From: Podarcis filfolensis
Taxonomy: Eukaryota
NCBI GenBank assembly: GCA_964270895.1
Contig: OZ185439.1
Direction: 5' to 3' (one strand)
Length of the DNA: 64,000 bases
Below are positions 11,255-24,008 of the stretch, one piece after another; the stretch's first letter is position 1, and every line of letters begins with the position of its first letter. The notes under the pieces are model-generated. The model worked only from the letters and a program-made list of their open reading frames with translations. It did no database searches and had not been told where the DNA came from. The translations under genes and the position numbers were made by a program.

Positions 11255-11612
11255 ATACCTTATGCCAGGTCAATGGTTGGATAGTGTTCGCGAAGCTACC
11301 AGCATGAGTTTGACCAAACTGCGGGAGGCAGTGGAAGACAGAAGTGCCTGGCGTGCTCTGGTCCATGGGGTCACGAAGAGTCGGACACGACTAAACGACT
11401 CAACAACAACAACAACAACAACAGGTCAAATTATCTGACCATCTAGTCCAATCTTGTCTCTTCTTGGCTGGCAGCAGCTCTCTCGGACCTCTGGAAAGAA
11501 AGTGTTTCACATTACCTACTACAGTACCTGATCCTTTTAAGTGGGAATACCAGGGACTGAACCTAGGAGCTTCTGCATTCAGAACCTGTGCTTTGCCACT
11601 AAGGTATGGTTC
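11255..11612 (-). mobile_element. Degenerate Squam3-like tRNA SINE interrupted by Bov-B
   Basis: Minus-strand head CTTAGTGGCAAAGCA...TGCAGAAGCTCCTAGGTTCAGTCCCTGG; body resembles the element at 12085-12250. Confidence 0.55.
11274..11421 (+). mobile_element. 5'-truncated RTE Bov-B LINE
   Basis: WLDSVREATSMSLTKLREAVEDRSAWRALVHGVTKSRTRLND, (CAA)n tail, 8-bp TSD CAGGTCAA (11266-11273, 11422-11429). Confidence 0.92.
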
Positions 11613-12084
11613 CCTCCTCCAAAGGATGGAAGAGGAGGGACTAGTGAGGCCAAAAATATTGTCATGGAATAATTTTGATTATTTATACACTGCTTTTCCA
11701 TCATAAGCTGTGCCCAAATCAGTTTACAATCACATGTAACATTGGGGGGGGGGGAAATAGTTTGTTACCAAGCACATCATCAAGTTCAAATAAGACAAAC
11801 GTCAACAAGCACAGTTACAAAGATTTTGATTTTGGTCTTTACATATATTAAGGGGCAAAAAAGAACAGCTAATCTGCACTTTAAGTGCTGGTATTGCAGC
11901 ACTTCAAGGTCCACAGCAGCCTGGCTTAAATATAAAGCAGAGAACACGGGGTCTCTTCACCAGGCTAGATAGTTCACAGCTGGTTCCCCTGTGTCTCCAC
12001 CAGAGGAGGCTAAGAGCAGCAAAAGGGACGTGCAGGGGAGTCTCAGACATTCCAGATACTCATGCTAATATTACTACATCAGGG

Positions 12085-12250
12085 GTGGAGTGATAGTGTC
12101 TCCTTTGCATGCAGAAGGTTCAATCTCTGACAGCTCCAGCTAGGGCAGGTAGCTATGAAACCCTGGAGAGCTACTGCCACTCCGCGTAGATAACACTGAA
12201 TTAGAGGGACCTATTTTTTGACTTGGTATAAGGAAGCTTCCTGTGTTTCC
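12085..12250 (+). mobile_element. Squam3-like tRNA SINE
   Basis: TTTGCATGCAGAAGGTTCAAT...GAAACCCTGGAGAGCTACTGCCA...TATAAGGAAGCTTCCTGTGTTTCCT. Confidence 0.7.
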
Positions 12251-12429
12251 TGCACCAGGATAAACTAAAGTCATGCCTTTTAGTAGACATCTATTATCCT
12301 GATATGTTCCTTGTATCGTTGTGTGGTGTTTCAGTGGTACATCCTGCCACTCTATTCTTATACATGTTTATATGTCTGGTATAGTTGTATAATATAGTGA
12401 GTTCTCAAGCCTTCAGTGAGTTAGGGACT

Positions 12430-12945
12430 ACCTCTGCATGTAAAGACAGGCTTTAGTAGATTGAGTGGATGAGACCAATTGGGGGTCCAACAGTCAAGAA
12501 GGCGGTTTCTACAAATGCTGTAGAGGGAAGTGAGGGGCAGATGGGGTCAGCAACCTGGGAAGGTAGTCCATCTAGGAGAAGGAAAACTCTGATCCTAAAC
12601 CTCCACTGCTTTGAGGGATACTTTTAGAAGAAAAGGCTAAGGACTAAACCTTACACAAATCCAGAATGGAGTCTCTAAGACAGTTGGATAACACCTTATA
12701 CGCCTCCTTCCAGCAACTCCTGCAGCCAAGCTTATGCCAAATGTACTGCTCTCCTTTCCTTTGGACCACATCAGCAAGACCAAGAGTAGGGTCGTCATCT
12801 GGGCAGCCCAGGACCCCCATACACACTGTCCAGACATGTACTGTGGAATCTCACTTCAGTGCTGCTATTGCAGTTATTTGACTTCACCCCCAGAGGCGCA
12901 CGCCATTGTCTCTCAAGACAGAGGGGTGTCAATAACAATAAATAG
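12430..12945 (+). mobile_element. Interspersed repeat, probably RTE-clade LINE 5' region (copy A)
   Basis: 12714-12939 aligns by eye with the reverse complement of 21879-22095 (CAACTCCTGCAGCCAA, TTCCTTTGGACCACATCAG, CACTTCAGTGCTGCTA, GACTTCACCCCCAG). Family and orientation are from memory. Confidence 0.7.
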
Positions 12946-14353
12946 TTGCAATCGCAGCATCAGATCATGATATATGATTTTTTTTTAATGACCTAATGAA
13001 TGGAAACATTTGTATGCTGAATGAGTAGCATTAAGGATATGCAAAATGCTTTCAAATTTAGGAAAAGTGGGTCAAATGATAAGACAGATGTATCACATTA
13101 AAGGAATATTCTGGAACACACTTTTTTGTAGCAGGAATAACTGAGCAACTTACATATATGCTGCAGATGGTATTGTTAGGTTTTGTATCAAATGTGCTGA
13201 TAAGAACAGGCTGCCATTCTACTGAAGACAGAGCCAGGAAAAAAATCATAAGTTTTAATGTATAGATAGCAAAACGCTTTGAAAACATCTTGTAGAAAGA
13301 GCTTTGGAAGTACAAAATATTCTAATGCAAGCAAGTGTGGTTGGCTAGTTTCTGCAAAGATACTTCCATTTAAGGCAATAATCTAATTCAAACATTTAGG
13401 CAAAACATTGCTAGCAGTGCTAATTAGCCTGTTAAATTTGAAAACTGATAAAAATTTGAAAGATGAAGAAATTGGCAACTGATAACAATTTTGGAAATGA
13501 GACAATGAAGTTAGCCAAAAAAAGAGAGAATCTCATGTTTTAGATGGAAAATGTTACTATGAAACATATTTCAATAGTGAAGTAGTCTGTTTTCTTTGGC
13601 AAACCTTGTACTATAAATAGTAAGGATCTCTAACTTGAACATTCAGCACAAAAAGATTTTCATCTGTAATAAGAAACTCAGCTATTTAAAATGGAACAAA
13701 AATGTTCAATTACAGATGGCTTTTATGTGTTTGCCTAGTGATTGAGAATCTTTTGGTTGGAATCCATTTATAACCAGCACCTTGTTTTCAGCTGTTCAAA
13801 GATTTTTCCCCTTGATGTGCTAATGGAAATTGTACTGCAATGGTATTTATCCTGTGTAATGAGTGAAACAAATGTAATCATTATCCTATGACAACAACTC
13901 TTGGGGTGGGAGGGGGAGACCTTAGAGGTGCAAAAACAGATTACTGAGCTGTTCAGAGGAAGTGGAGCTTTTTCAGCTGTTTCCCAAATTATACTGTTGC
14001 TAAGACAAACCACAAAGCACTTTAAAACTTAAAGCAGCCTCTTTGTATGGATATCAAATGAGAGGAGGCAATGAAATTTTAATGTTCATTGGGTTAGCAA
14101 ATACAATTACCTAAAATTAGACAATGATAGAAATGTGATTGCCACCCTGGGCTCCTTTGGAACGAAGGGTGGGGTACACTTCAATTAACTAACTATTATT
14201 ATTTTAAAATAATATTGTTATCTGCAGCTACCTCCAAAAGCTGTACATTAGCTATGGCTGCCACCTGATATTTGTCGAGTATGTATAGGTGCCAAGGGCC
14301 AAACTATTTTATTAAATAGGTTTGTGTTGTGTAGTTATTTTTTGTTTGACAAA

Positions 14354-14355
<2 letters not shown>

Positions 14356-14396
<41 letters not shown>
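14356..14396. repeat. (GT)n microsatellite
   Basis: Direct reading. Confidence 0.97.
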
Positions 14397-14397
<1 letters not shown>

Positions 14398-14469
14398 CTG
14401 TCTCATGGGGTGAGGGCTTTAACACTTGCCCTGCTGCAGTCCTGGTCAGAATTTTTTCCATTCCCAGTA

Positions 14470-14823
14470 TTTACAATGGAAGGAAAACTCCCATACCCTC
14501 CAACATTTCTCCAATGAAAACAGGGACGTCCCATTCCATCATGATAATTTTACTGTTTACACCTCACACATCTTACTGGGTTGCCCCAGCCGCTCTGGGC
14601 AGCTTCCAACATAGATTAAGCCATAATTAAACATAAAAACTTCCCTATACAGGATTGCCTTCAGGCGGCTTGGGGGTTGGATAACTCCATATCCTCCAAC
14701 ATTTCTCCAGTGAAAATAGGGACATCCTAAGGAAAAGTTGGACATTCCGGGATTAAATCAGAAACCTGGACGGCGTCTCTAAATCAGGGATGTCCCTGAA
14801 AAACAGAGATACTTGGAGGGTCT
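14470..14823 (-). mobile_element. Lacertid interspersed repeat with internal duplication
   Basis: Unit CCATA(C/T)CCTCCAACATTTCTCCA(A/G)TGAAAA(C/T)AGGGAC at 14491 and 14687; contains the reverse complement of the tail seen at 1-20. Confidence 0.6.
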
Positions 14824-15410
14824 GAACTCCTTTGGGTGTAACCAGGAGCTTGATTCCCACCCTACACCACAGTTCCAGCCTTGATTGCCCCCCATCTCTG
14901 CCCCCCCCATCCCCGGACAAGCCAGCTATTTATTAATCAAAAAACAGATATGCCACACAAATATATGTGCTGAAAGCCATGTCTAGTGTGTTCCATAAAA
15001 GGGGAATCTCCTTCAGAGCAAAGTAGGATGAAACCTATAACCTTGCAGCAGCATATAGGGAGAGCTGGAGTGTATAATGGGCTCAAACAGCAGCCAAAGT
15101 GAAAGGAAAAAACAGGTTTATTGTAAGGCAATCAGTGTTTATAGCTGTAAGAAATACATTTCTAATTGAAATAGTGGTGGACCCAGGGGCCTTCAGAAGT
15201 TAAAGAAACCAAACTCCATTCCAGAAAGGGGGCTCCCAGTTCACACAATGGAGCAATGTTACTACATGTATGCACTCAAGTCTAGTGAGCACAGTTTCCA
15301 AAATGTATTTTAAATATAATAAGGAGCAAATATCAAAAATATAGCTGCTTTTGAATTAACTGAACTTCGATGTTTTGTGCACAATACTGAAATAAACCTA
15401 TCTTTACCAG

Positions 15411-15505
15411 GGGTGCAAAATACAATTTGCTGGCACATACATCTTTGGGATTGGAGAGTGTCAACAACAATTTCAGGACCCACAACCTTACTGCCGTGGG
15501 AGATG
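15411..15505 (+). CDS. RTKN2: RTKN2 exon 7
   Basis: taccag|G...GATG|gtaagt; 95 nt; GAKYNLLAHTSLGLESVNNNFRTHNLTAVGD. Confidence 0.95.
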
Positions 15506-16650
15506 GTAAGTTCAGAGTCAATAAGATAAATGATGTATGAGTAGAATATTCCAACTTGATTTCAAAGTACTCAGATGTAGCGATTGTTTTCCTTGCCTCA
15601 TGTTTTGCCAAACCTTATGAAGGTAGCTTTTCTCCCTGCTATCTTAACCAGCATTTGGAAGGAAAGAATTCGCACTTTGATGGATAGTCCCCCCTGCCTC
15701 CCGAACTACCTCTTGTAATTTCCCCAAATCTCTGTCCAATGCACATTCATTCAAAACTAAGTCCCACTTTGCTAAGTAGACAGTGCTGCAGTTGGAGGCA
15801 AGTGAGTGTGAGGTTCAGAACCTGGAACGAATTGTAAAAGCAGCATTTGTATGGGGCAGACAGATGCTACTAGGAAAGGTGAGATAAATGCCCATGCCAA
15901 CCCCCCCCCCCCGTGTTTTTATGTATAGAATTCTCCTGCAGTAGATGAAACCTGTTTACATGGTGTGTGGTTTTTTAAAAATATATTGCCATTTCTAGTC
16001 ATGTATACTGGATGAAAGCACCACTGAAAATATAACAAACCCATGTGAGTTCTGGTTCACAGTCTTAGAACAATTGTGGACATGCATAACAAATTACTCC
16101 GGATTCCTGTACAGCAGAACAGTGCCATTCAAATCTAACACACTTATTAAGCCACAAAATTCTTCCTTTTTTCCTTCTGTTTTTTATTTTGGATGCCTAA
16201 GTCAGCTTCTGCATTCAACAGCTTCTACATTCAGCAGCTGACCAGCAACTCTCTTGAGCTGACTTTTGTATGAGGAGGTGGAAGGAATGAGAATTTGTTT
16301 GGTAAATGAAATGTATGATGAGATGATCGCTTAAGATCATGTTGAAGAAACAAGAGGGTAAACTGAGGGTGGATTCAGCTGTGCTGTTTTTGTTATGTTG
16401 TTGGATGCACTAGGCAACTGACCTTCTCTTTGCTGTTTTTGGCAAAGAAATCTTTGTGGTCCAAAGCGGTCTACTGTTCTTTGGTTCTCTCTAGTCCTGT
16501 GCGATGGAGATCTCATCCTGTAGTGTAATAAATTCAAATGCTGGCTCCAGTCTTTGTTCCATGTCTTGTAATCAACTATTGGTAAAAAAATAATTCCTAT
16601 TGAGTAATGACTAATCTGACAATATGCAATGGTCATGGCTTTCTTTTTAG

Positions 16651-16757
16651 AGGAATCTTCTTTTTGGCTTCCATTGTATGGCAGCCTGTGTTGTCGTCTA
16701 ATTGCCCAACCATACTGCATGACCAAGGATATGATGACTGGATTTCTTAGTCAACAG
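16651..16757 (+). CDS. RTKN2: RTKN2 exon 8
   Basis: ttttag|AG...CAG|gtaaat; 107 nt; EESSFWLPLYGSLCCRLIAQPYCMTKDMMTGFLSQQ. Confidence 0.95.
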
Positions 16758-17931
16758 GTAAATTGTATTGTAATATATATGTATATATATGGTTGATGTA
16801 AACATACACAAGGTTAAAAATTGAAATGTAATGTTCAGTTTTAGCTAGGCAAACTTGTAATGCATTGTACCAGTGTTTTAAGTTGAAGCTGCATTCCCCG
16901 CCCCCCATAAAATATTGGTTAGAACATGCACAGATACAAAAATTCACCTCAAGAGCTAAAGGTCTCTTGCATCGCCCTAGGGAAGAGTACAACCCTGTAA
17001 AATGTTGAAGGCAGCCTTGAACACAAAATGTAAATGAATTTTAGCATGATTTAAAATAAACACCACAAACATGGGCAATAATATCCCTATAGGAAAATGA
17101 TTATGCTGAAATAAAGTGCAGAAGCAAAAACGGCCCCTGACTTACTGGTGTCAGTTGGCAATTGTGTCATTGTTGAGGTTGAGACTGGAAGATTGAAAGG
17201 AAAATTTGTTAGCCAGGTGATGCAGTATTATATTCATTAATGTGAAATCCTCTTTTTTTAAAAAAATGACTTTTGTGACATGATAACTACAATGATAAAC
17301 ACTGGGTTGAAAAGAAACAAATCATTAGGGTGTTGCCATAGCTAAGTGTACATTACCTTGAATAATACATCTTCCCACGTGGACTTGATGCTGACCAGTA
17401 TCACATGCACAGGGTATTACTTTGGAGGAATTTATGTTTGTGTGTATATCAATGAATTGTTACATGCTACATGTGCCACGTTATGTTGGACACAGGTCAT
17501 TTCCCTTTTCTTCACAGTTTCCAATAAACATCACCATAAGTTTGACACTTGCACATAAAATGTTAGCTCTTTATGTGTATCGCTGTAGATGGAAAAATGT
17601 TTTGATACATACTTTTAAAGAAAATTTACCCGAGTTACAGATAAATTCTTGAGGTTGCAAAACTGTTACATGTTTTGAAATGCAATAACAAAAAAGCATT
17701 TAAACATGCACCTTGATTACAGTACTTTTGTAGGGAAGATCAAGGCAGTTAACTAACAAGTAGTTTAATGTTAACAAGAGTTAAATAATATTGACTAAAA
17801 CGCAAAATACTATGTAAAGAAGCTTACAATCGTTACAGTGGTCACTATGGAATTACCCTTCCCATAGGCAATGCATAAAAATATAGTTAGCCCCAGAAGC
17901 AGCTGTACTCACCCCCTGCACAGTGGAGTGT

Positions 17932-17975
<44 letters not shown>

Positions 17976-17994
17976 TATTATTGTTATTATTATT
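17932..17994. repeat. (ATC)n microsatellite grading into (TTA/TTG)n
   Basis: Direct reading. Confidence 0.95.
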
Positions 17995-18759
17995 TTGCAA
18001 AGAATCTTGGGAGCCCATGGAGACTGGGGAAGATAGATTATTCTCTGATCTTAATAATCAGAGCTCTAGTGAATAGAGCAGAAATGTGACTGGCAAATTG
18101 AGGAAGGAATATCTGTGAATATAAAAACAGCGGCCTATTCTACCCAGAATCAATTTGCTGCCCACCATTATTGGGTAGGCAAGGGCATTTAATCATTTGG
18201 GAATCTTAAATATGTCCAATTAATGGATGTTTCATGGGCTTATTTACAGAAGTGTCTGTTCCTTTTACGACTTCTTGTTGCCACAAGTAACATTTGTGTT
18301 TACTTCCCTCTCTCATGTTTTTATACTAACTTTGTTTAGGGGGGATATTTCTGCTTCTCAATTCTGAAGATCTCTTAATGGAATAAAAGATGTTGCATCT
18401 TTATTGCCATTCAATATTGTCTGTGAAAATTCCTAGTTGCCTAATTTTTTTAAACAAGCTATTTTACCTAAATTATTAAGACATAAACTAATGAGTAATC
18501 TCCAGCTGTTAAAATGCCTTGTGAATGGATGTTGGAACTTAGATACACAATGCAGAAGAGCAGACTGGATTGATAAATAACATAAAATGGAAATGCGTAT
18601 ATATAATTTATTTATAGAAAGAGGCTGCATCTAGACACATCAAAGAAGTGTTTCAGTTTAAAGTGTTGTAAATTTAAACAGGGAAAACAGGTAGAGAAAA
18701 ACAGGACTCCACATTGCCATCTGGTGGCACAATGTTATATTGCATATACAACGCATACA

Positions 18760-19017
18760 CCGTATTTTTCGCCCTATAAGACGCACCAGACCACAAGACG
18801 CACCTAGTTTTTGGAGGAGGAAAACAAGGAAAAAAATATTCTGAATCTCAGAAGCCAGAACAGCAAGAGGGATCGCTGTGCAGTGAAAGCAGCAATCCCT
18901 CTTGCTGTTCTGGCTTCTGTGATAGCTGCGCAGCCTGCATTCGCTCCATAAGACGCACACACATTTCCCCTTACTTTTTAGGAGGAAAAAGTGAGTCTTA
19001 TAGAGCAAAAAATACGG
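18760..19017. mobile_element. Tigger/pogo-like MITE, copy 1
   Basis: TIRs CCGTATTTTTCGCCCTATAAGAC / GTCTTATAGAGCAAAAAATACGG; near-identical copies at 37349 and 39290. Confidence 0.92.
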
Positions 19018-19331
19018 CAAATCACTTTTTCGTAACCACTCTAGCTGAGTCCAGAGAAAGCTAAATCATGTCATTAACAATGGTAGATTTGCATCATAAT
19101 ACTGTTAAGCACATTACAAAATATCACGAGATGACCAGGTAAGTCTTTAGTGATATTTGCTTTAGCTCTTGCGTGAAATTTTCTTCTCAAATTATTATAT
19201 GGACAACTCCGCAATCAGAGCAGCTGAGTGGTCTCTTCTTAATGCATATTGTGTACCATTCATTATTTCCCCAAGAAAATTTAGTTCATTGAGAAGTAAA
19301 ACTTAGGCTAAACGTGTTTGCTTTCTTGCAG

Positions 19332-19463
19332 CAAAAGATAGGGAATGTGACTGGATGGAGGAAACTATACTGTGTACTGAGAGGTGGCAAACTCCTTTGT
19401 TATTGTACACCAGAAGAAATAGAAGCTAAAGTGGAGCCGACTTTGACAGTTTCTGTCAACAAG
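19332..19463 (+). CDS. RTKN2: RTKN2 exon 9 (PH domain)
   Basis: ttgcag|CAA...AAG|gtaaaa; 132 nt; WRKLYCVLRGGKLLCYCTPEEIEAKVEPTLTVSVNK. Confidence 0.95.
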
Positions 19464-19816
19464 GTAAAATATAACATCTGCTACTCAAGCTAAGTTACAG
19501 TGCTCCTTTTGTATGTTGTTAAGCTAAACTGGAAATGCTATTTGTGTCTCAGGTGATGGAGTTCCTTCCATGCCAGGTGTGGGAGCTAAGGGTAGCATTG
19601 CATGAAAGCTTCAGGGGCACAGTTTCTGAGTCTCTAATTGGAACCTCGGTTACCAATAACTGCAGCTCTTTTTGACAGTTCGTTTTGTGTTTTTTCTGCT
19701 ACTAATGCAAAGATGCTTTTTAGGTCGTTGATACTACAGCCATATACAAGTTTTGCTTTTTTGATCCATGGGGAGAGTGCCCCCTGCCATAAAGGCTTCA
19801 TATATTTTATATAAAT

Positions 19817-20044
19817 CCATGGTTTCCAGTGTAGGGCACACGCCCCACAGGGGGGGCAATTTGATTTTTAAGGGCGGCAATTCGAGAATGAGTTATTAAA
19901 AGTAAATGGCCTTTTAGGCTTCCTCCAAGTGAACAGGAGTTCACTTTTGGAATAATAAGAATTATATATCACCGGGGGGGGGGGGGATAAGGATTTTAGA
20001 GGTGCTTAGGTGGGGCATGGCCAAAAAAAGGTTGGGAACCACTG
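19817..20044. mobile_element. hAT-type MITE (degenerate left TIR)
   Basis: Right TIR AGGTTGGGAACCACTG; left CCATGGTTTCCA; imperfect 8-bp flanks ATATAAAT/ATAAAAGT. Confidence 0.6.
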
Positions 20045-20141
20045 ATAAAAGTATATGCAAAAGACAAATGAGGAAGATTCTCTACTGTCTCCATGTCACA
20101 TATGCTTAAGTACAGAATTTAAAACCTAGTTTTTGGCTCAG

Positions 20142-20187
20142 TTCTTCCTTCCTTCCTTCCTTCCTTCCTTCCTTCCTTCCTTCCTTC

Positions 20188-20226
<39 letters not shown>

Positions 20227-20230
20227 TTTC
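20142..20230. repeat. Compound (TTCC)n(TTTC)n polypyrimidine microsatellite
   Basis: Direct reading. Confidence 0.96.
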
Positions 20231-21878
20231 TCACACACCAGTAACCAACAGGATACTGGAAGGCATCATACATATCTATTCATCTGTATCTAGGAGAGAT
20301 GATTTAGATAGGAATTGCATGAATGGGGCAAACTCATGCTTCCTTCCTTCATTAATTGTGGGAAAGAACTGTGCAGTTGGTTCACTCATGTGGTTTCTAT
20401 ATTCAACCTGTCCTAAAGTGCTATAGGAAGAGGTTTCAGGGAAGCAGCACCCATACCACTGCCAGGTAAGTGTGAATGGTAGGACCTGAACACAGCAACT
20501 TTCCAGTACTGAGGTGCTATAATTGGAAGCCTCTGTGCTAGAACATCCTGCCTGAGTGAACCATGTGAGGGCAGATAACTAAACCATAGATTGAGCAACA
20601 TCTTTCAAGATGTTTAATCCAAGGGGCTAATACGTTATTAACTTCCATAAATTTTGCAGAGTATTGGTTGATCAAATCTATTCACATTTCTTCAGAAGCG
20701 AGTCCACTTTGTTCAATGGGGCTTACTCCCCAGTCAGTGAGTTTAGGATTGCAACCTCAGTCTCCACTTAATTGAAAGACCTAGCATACACTGCCACACC
20801 TTAAGTTGTTTGTTTAGTCTCTGAGAGACAAGTGTATTCATTATTTCTTAGTCAAAAGTGGGGACAGTACTGTGTCAAAGGACTGACAGTACATTTAGAC
20901 CTGCGTGTTATGCTGGAGAGAGCTTGTGGGCACTTTAAATAGCATGCTTAATATGCAGTTCCTTGGATACATCCCATCTGTTGCATAATGTATTACCGCT
21001 TCAGAAACATACCGACCTATTACTGCTGAAGTTAGCATCTTCCATCACTTAAATAATCAAATGAAGTATAAAATGTCTCTTACTTGAGAATCACTTTTGT
21101 TTTATAAATGCATTTGCGGCATAAGATACATAGCAAACACTAAATGAACTTATGTCACTGGGTTGCTTCAAGTTCTAACCTGTCAAATGTAAATCTATTT
21201 GACTTAATTTTATACTGGTATCTATGGTTACCTGCATTAATAGGACACAGCATTTATGGATGAATTACTTAATCTCCTATTTTTAGAATGAAAAATTTAA
21301 ATGAGCAAATTCATCAGATATGCTACAAACAGCTGTGTTTGTATTTCAAACAGCTCCTCCGGTATTTTTTAAAATGTATCCCATCAATAATATTTTGCAG
21401 ATTTTTCAAAGACTTGTCAGCCCTGGAATTCCGCACCCCTACCCCCATGACAATATATGTGACTTACTTTTCCTAGTTACATATTTAATCTTTACTGGTG
21501 CGAACTGACAGACATTCCACAGAAAAGGGGATGTGTGGATGTGTGTTTGAAGTGAAATGGGATTAAATAAGAACAGAGAAGTCCTCCTGTCTATAGAACT
21601 ACAGTAGTAGGTTCCTTGGCTTTATAAAGAGATGGGTTTAATGTCTGTCTTCTTGTGAAGAAGGTTTATTTTTGTTTTTGCAGTGGTGAGATAGTTGGAT
21701 GACATGACTTATCAAAAAAATAATGTATGTGGCTGAGATAATTAGGTTGCAGTCTTGTTCAATTCAATGTGGTAAATTCGACTGCGATCAATGGGGTATT
21801 GGGCATATGAAACCATTTGTGGAATTGCAACCTAATTTTAAATAGGTCTCAAAGCATGCATCACTTAATCAGAATAAC

Positions 21879-22095
21879 TGTTGTTGGCATTCGTGCGTTT
21901 CAAGAGACAATGGAGTGTGCCCCTGGGGGTGAAGTCCAACCATGCATTAGCAGCACTGAAGTGAACTTCCTGGGGTGTAAGCCGGAGCAGTGTGCTTGGA
22001 GGACCTGGCCTGCCCAGACGACAAGACCCACCTCTCAGCCTTACTGATGTGGTCCAAAGGAAAACAGAGCAATATATTTGGCTGCAGGAGTTGTC
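21879..22095 (-). mobile_element. Same repeat family as 12430-12945 (copy B, inverted)
   Basis: Shared blocks as listed for copy A; a short third piece lies at about 31170-31212. Confidence 0.7.
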
Positions 22096-22819
22096 TTTTA
22101 AAGATGTGTTCTTAACTGAATGTGAAGGTCACACTGGCTGCATAAGAGCACTGCCTTTCTGTGAGAATCTTGGATAATGTTTAAATGGCCCAGCTGCATG
22201 GGCAAGGTCTGATCATGTTGGCCCAAACCACAAAATCAATGCAGACTCCAGGGTTGGGGTCCATATTATCAGCTCTCACCTGCATGATTAGGGTGGTGGG
22301 TTGTTTTTTTAATTCAGGTAATTCTATTTTAGTCTTCATCTGTGCCACCACACAGCTATTCCCAGAGCAGCTCACAGATCAAAGATTAAAAATATTGTAA
22401 CCAGAAATACACTAACTAATTGTAAAATAGCAAAACCAGAGCCAAGTAAAAGTAAAAGCTGCTAGTTCAAACAACATCTAAAAAGCCTGCATACATAAAA
22501 AGATATTTTACCTGGCACTGAAAGAGCAATAGTAACTGCCAGGCAATATGCCAAGAGAGGCACTCTGAAGATGGAGGCGATGGAGGCCTCATCACTGAAA
22601 GGCCCCACCTGCCTCGCCTCCGACAGTAGGGGAACTCACAATGGAACCCTTGGAGAACACCTGGGCAGGTCCAAGTGGGAGCAAACAGTTCTTGTAGTAC
22701 ATTGTAAAGAGCATTATCACAGAAGGTGTTCCAGTTGTAAAGGAGCTGGTAATGGAAAATGTGTCCAGGCAAGCTGGGTAACTTCTGTGGGAAAATGTTT
22801 TATAGCTTTAAACAGTCTG

Positions 22820-22900
22820 TGACCCTCCAAGTGTTGGACAATGGTTGGGGATGATAGGAGTTGTAGTTCAGCATCATCTGGAGGGCCACAGGTTAGCCAC
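22820..22900. mobile_element. hAT MITE remnant
   Basis: GGAGTTGTAGTTCAGCATCATCTGGAGGGCCACAGGTTAGCCACTCCTG; a related piece lies at about 58117-58230. Confidence 0.55.
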
Positions 22901-23842
22901 TCCTGGTCTAAACAGTGACTGAAATCCAGAGTGCAAACGGAGCTGCCCCGCTCCACTCACATTCTCAAGAGTGGCAGAAGAAGATGGATTAAGCAATAAA
23001 CTTAACTGTGCAAATGGACTCCCCCCCTCCCAATGCTTCTCTGGATACTACTCAGTTTATGTACCTCTTTGGATTTAGTCAGTTTCTCTTGAATAAATCT
23101 GTCATTGCAAAATGTAACTGATTGCAAAGAAGGGGGGGAGGAGCTCTAATTGACATCTCAAAATCTCTTGGTTGACAGACCTACTTTTGGAAATCACAGA
23201 AAATTAGGTGGCAACAATGCAGTTAGACTTGTAGGTGTATTGGACAGTTTAAAGAGCTCCAGTTTCTCCATTGTTGCTGCAATGTATGTTTAAAATAGCA
23301 CTGAAGCCAGTTCAGGAAGTGAAACTGGTCTTGGTGTTCTTAACAAGTACAAGACATGAAGACAGAGTAGTTCAAGGATACGCCAGTGAGTAGATGGGAA
23401 CAACGTACAGGTTACTTGGGGAAAGTTTGTCAGTATGATAATTCAATCAGTTCAGCAACAGATATCACTTTAATTGATACCGAATGATTTCTCTTACTCT
23501 TAATTTAACTGATATGAAATATGCCTCAATTTTCTGAATCTGAGCAATCTAAAAAGCAATCCTGTTTAGAACCATCCAAATGATGTCTCCTCCTGCCCAT
23601 TATGAAATATGTTCTAAATATGCTCACTTTAATGCATACCTTTTTAATTTGAGTTCTTCTTTAAGCAGAATTAATGTCCATATAACATCACCTTGAAAAT
23701 TGCAGTCATGGAACTAAATAGTGCCTAGCTGACAACTGTCAAGTAACCTATTATTTTTCTATTTGATTAAAGTTGTAGTGTGTGTGTGTGTGAGAGAGAG
23801 AGAGAGCGTTATAGTTTCACTCTGTATTTATATAACATTTAG

Positions 23843-24008
23843 GAAACCAGAATTCGTGCTGTGGATAAAGATACCCCGATGAACTCCAATAACTTTTCTG
23901 TTATCAACCCTGAGGCTGGTGAAACTGTGACTCAGATTTTTGCAGTTGAAAGCCGGGAAGACCTTTATAACTGGATGGAAGCTTTCTGGCAGCACTTCTA
24001 TGACTTCA
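23843..24008 (+). CDS. RTKN2: RTKN2 exon 10 (PH domain)
   Basis: atttag|GAA...TTCA|gtaagt; 166 nt; ETRIRAVDKD...QIFAVESREDLYNWMEAFWQHFYDF. Confidence 0.95.
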
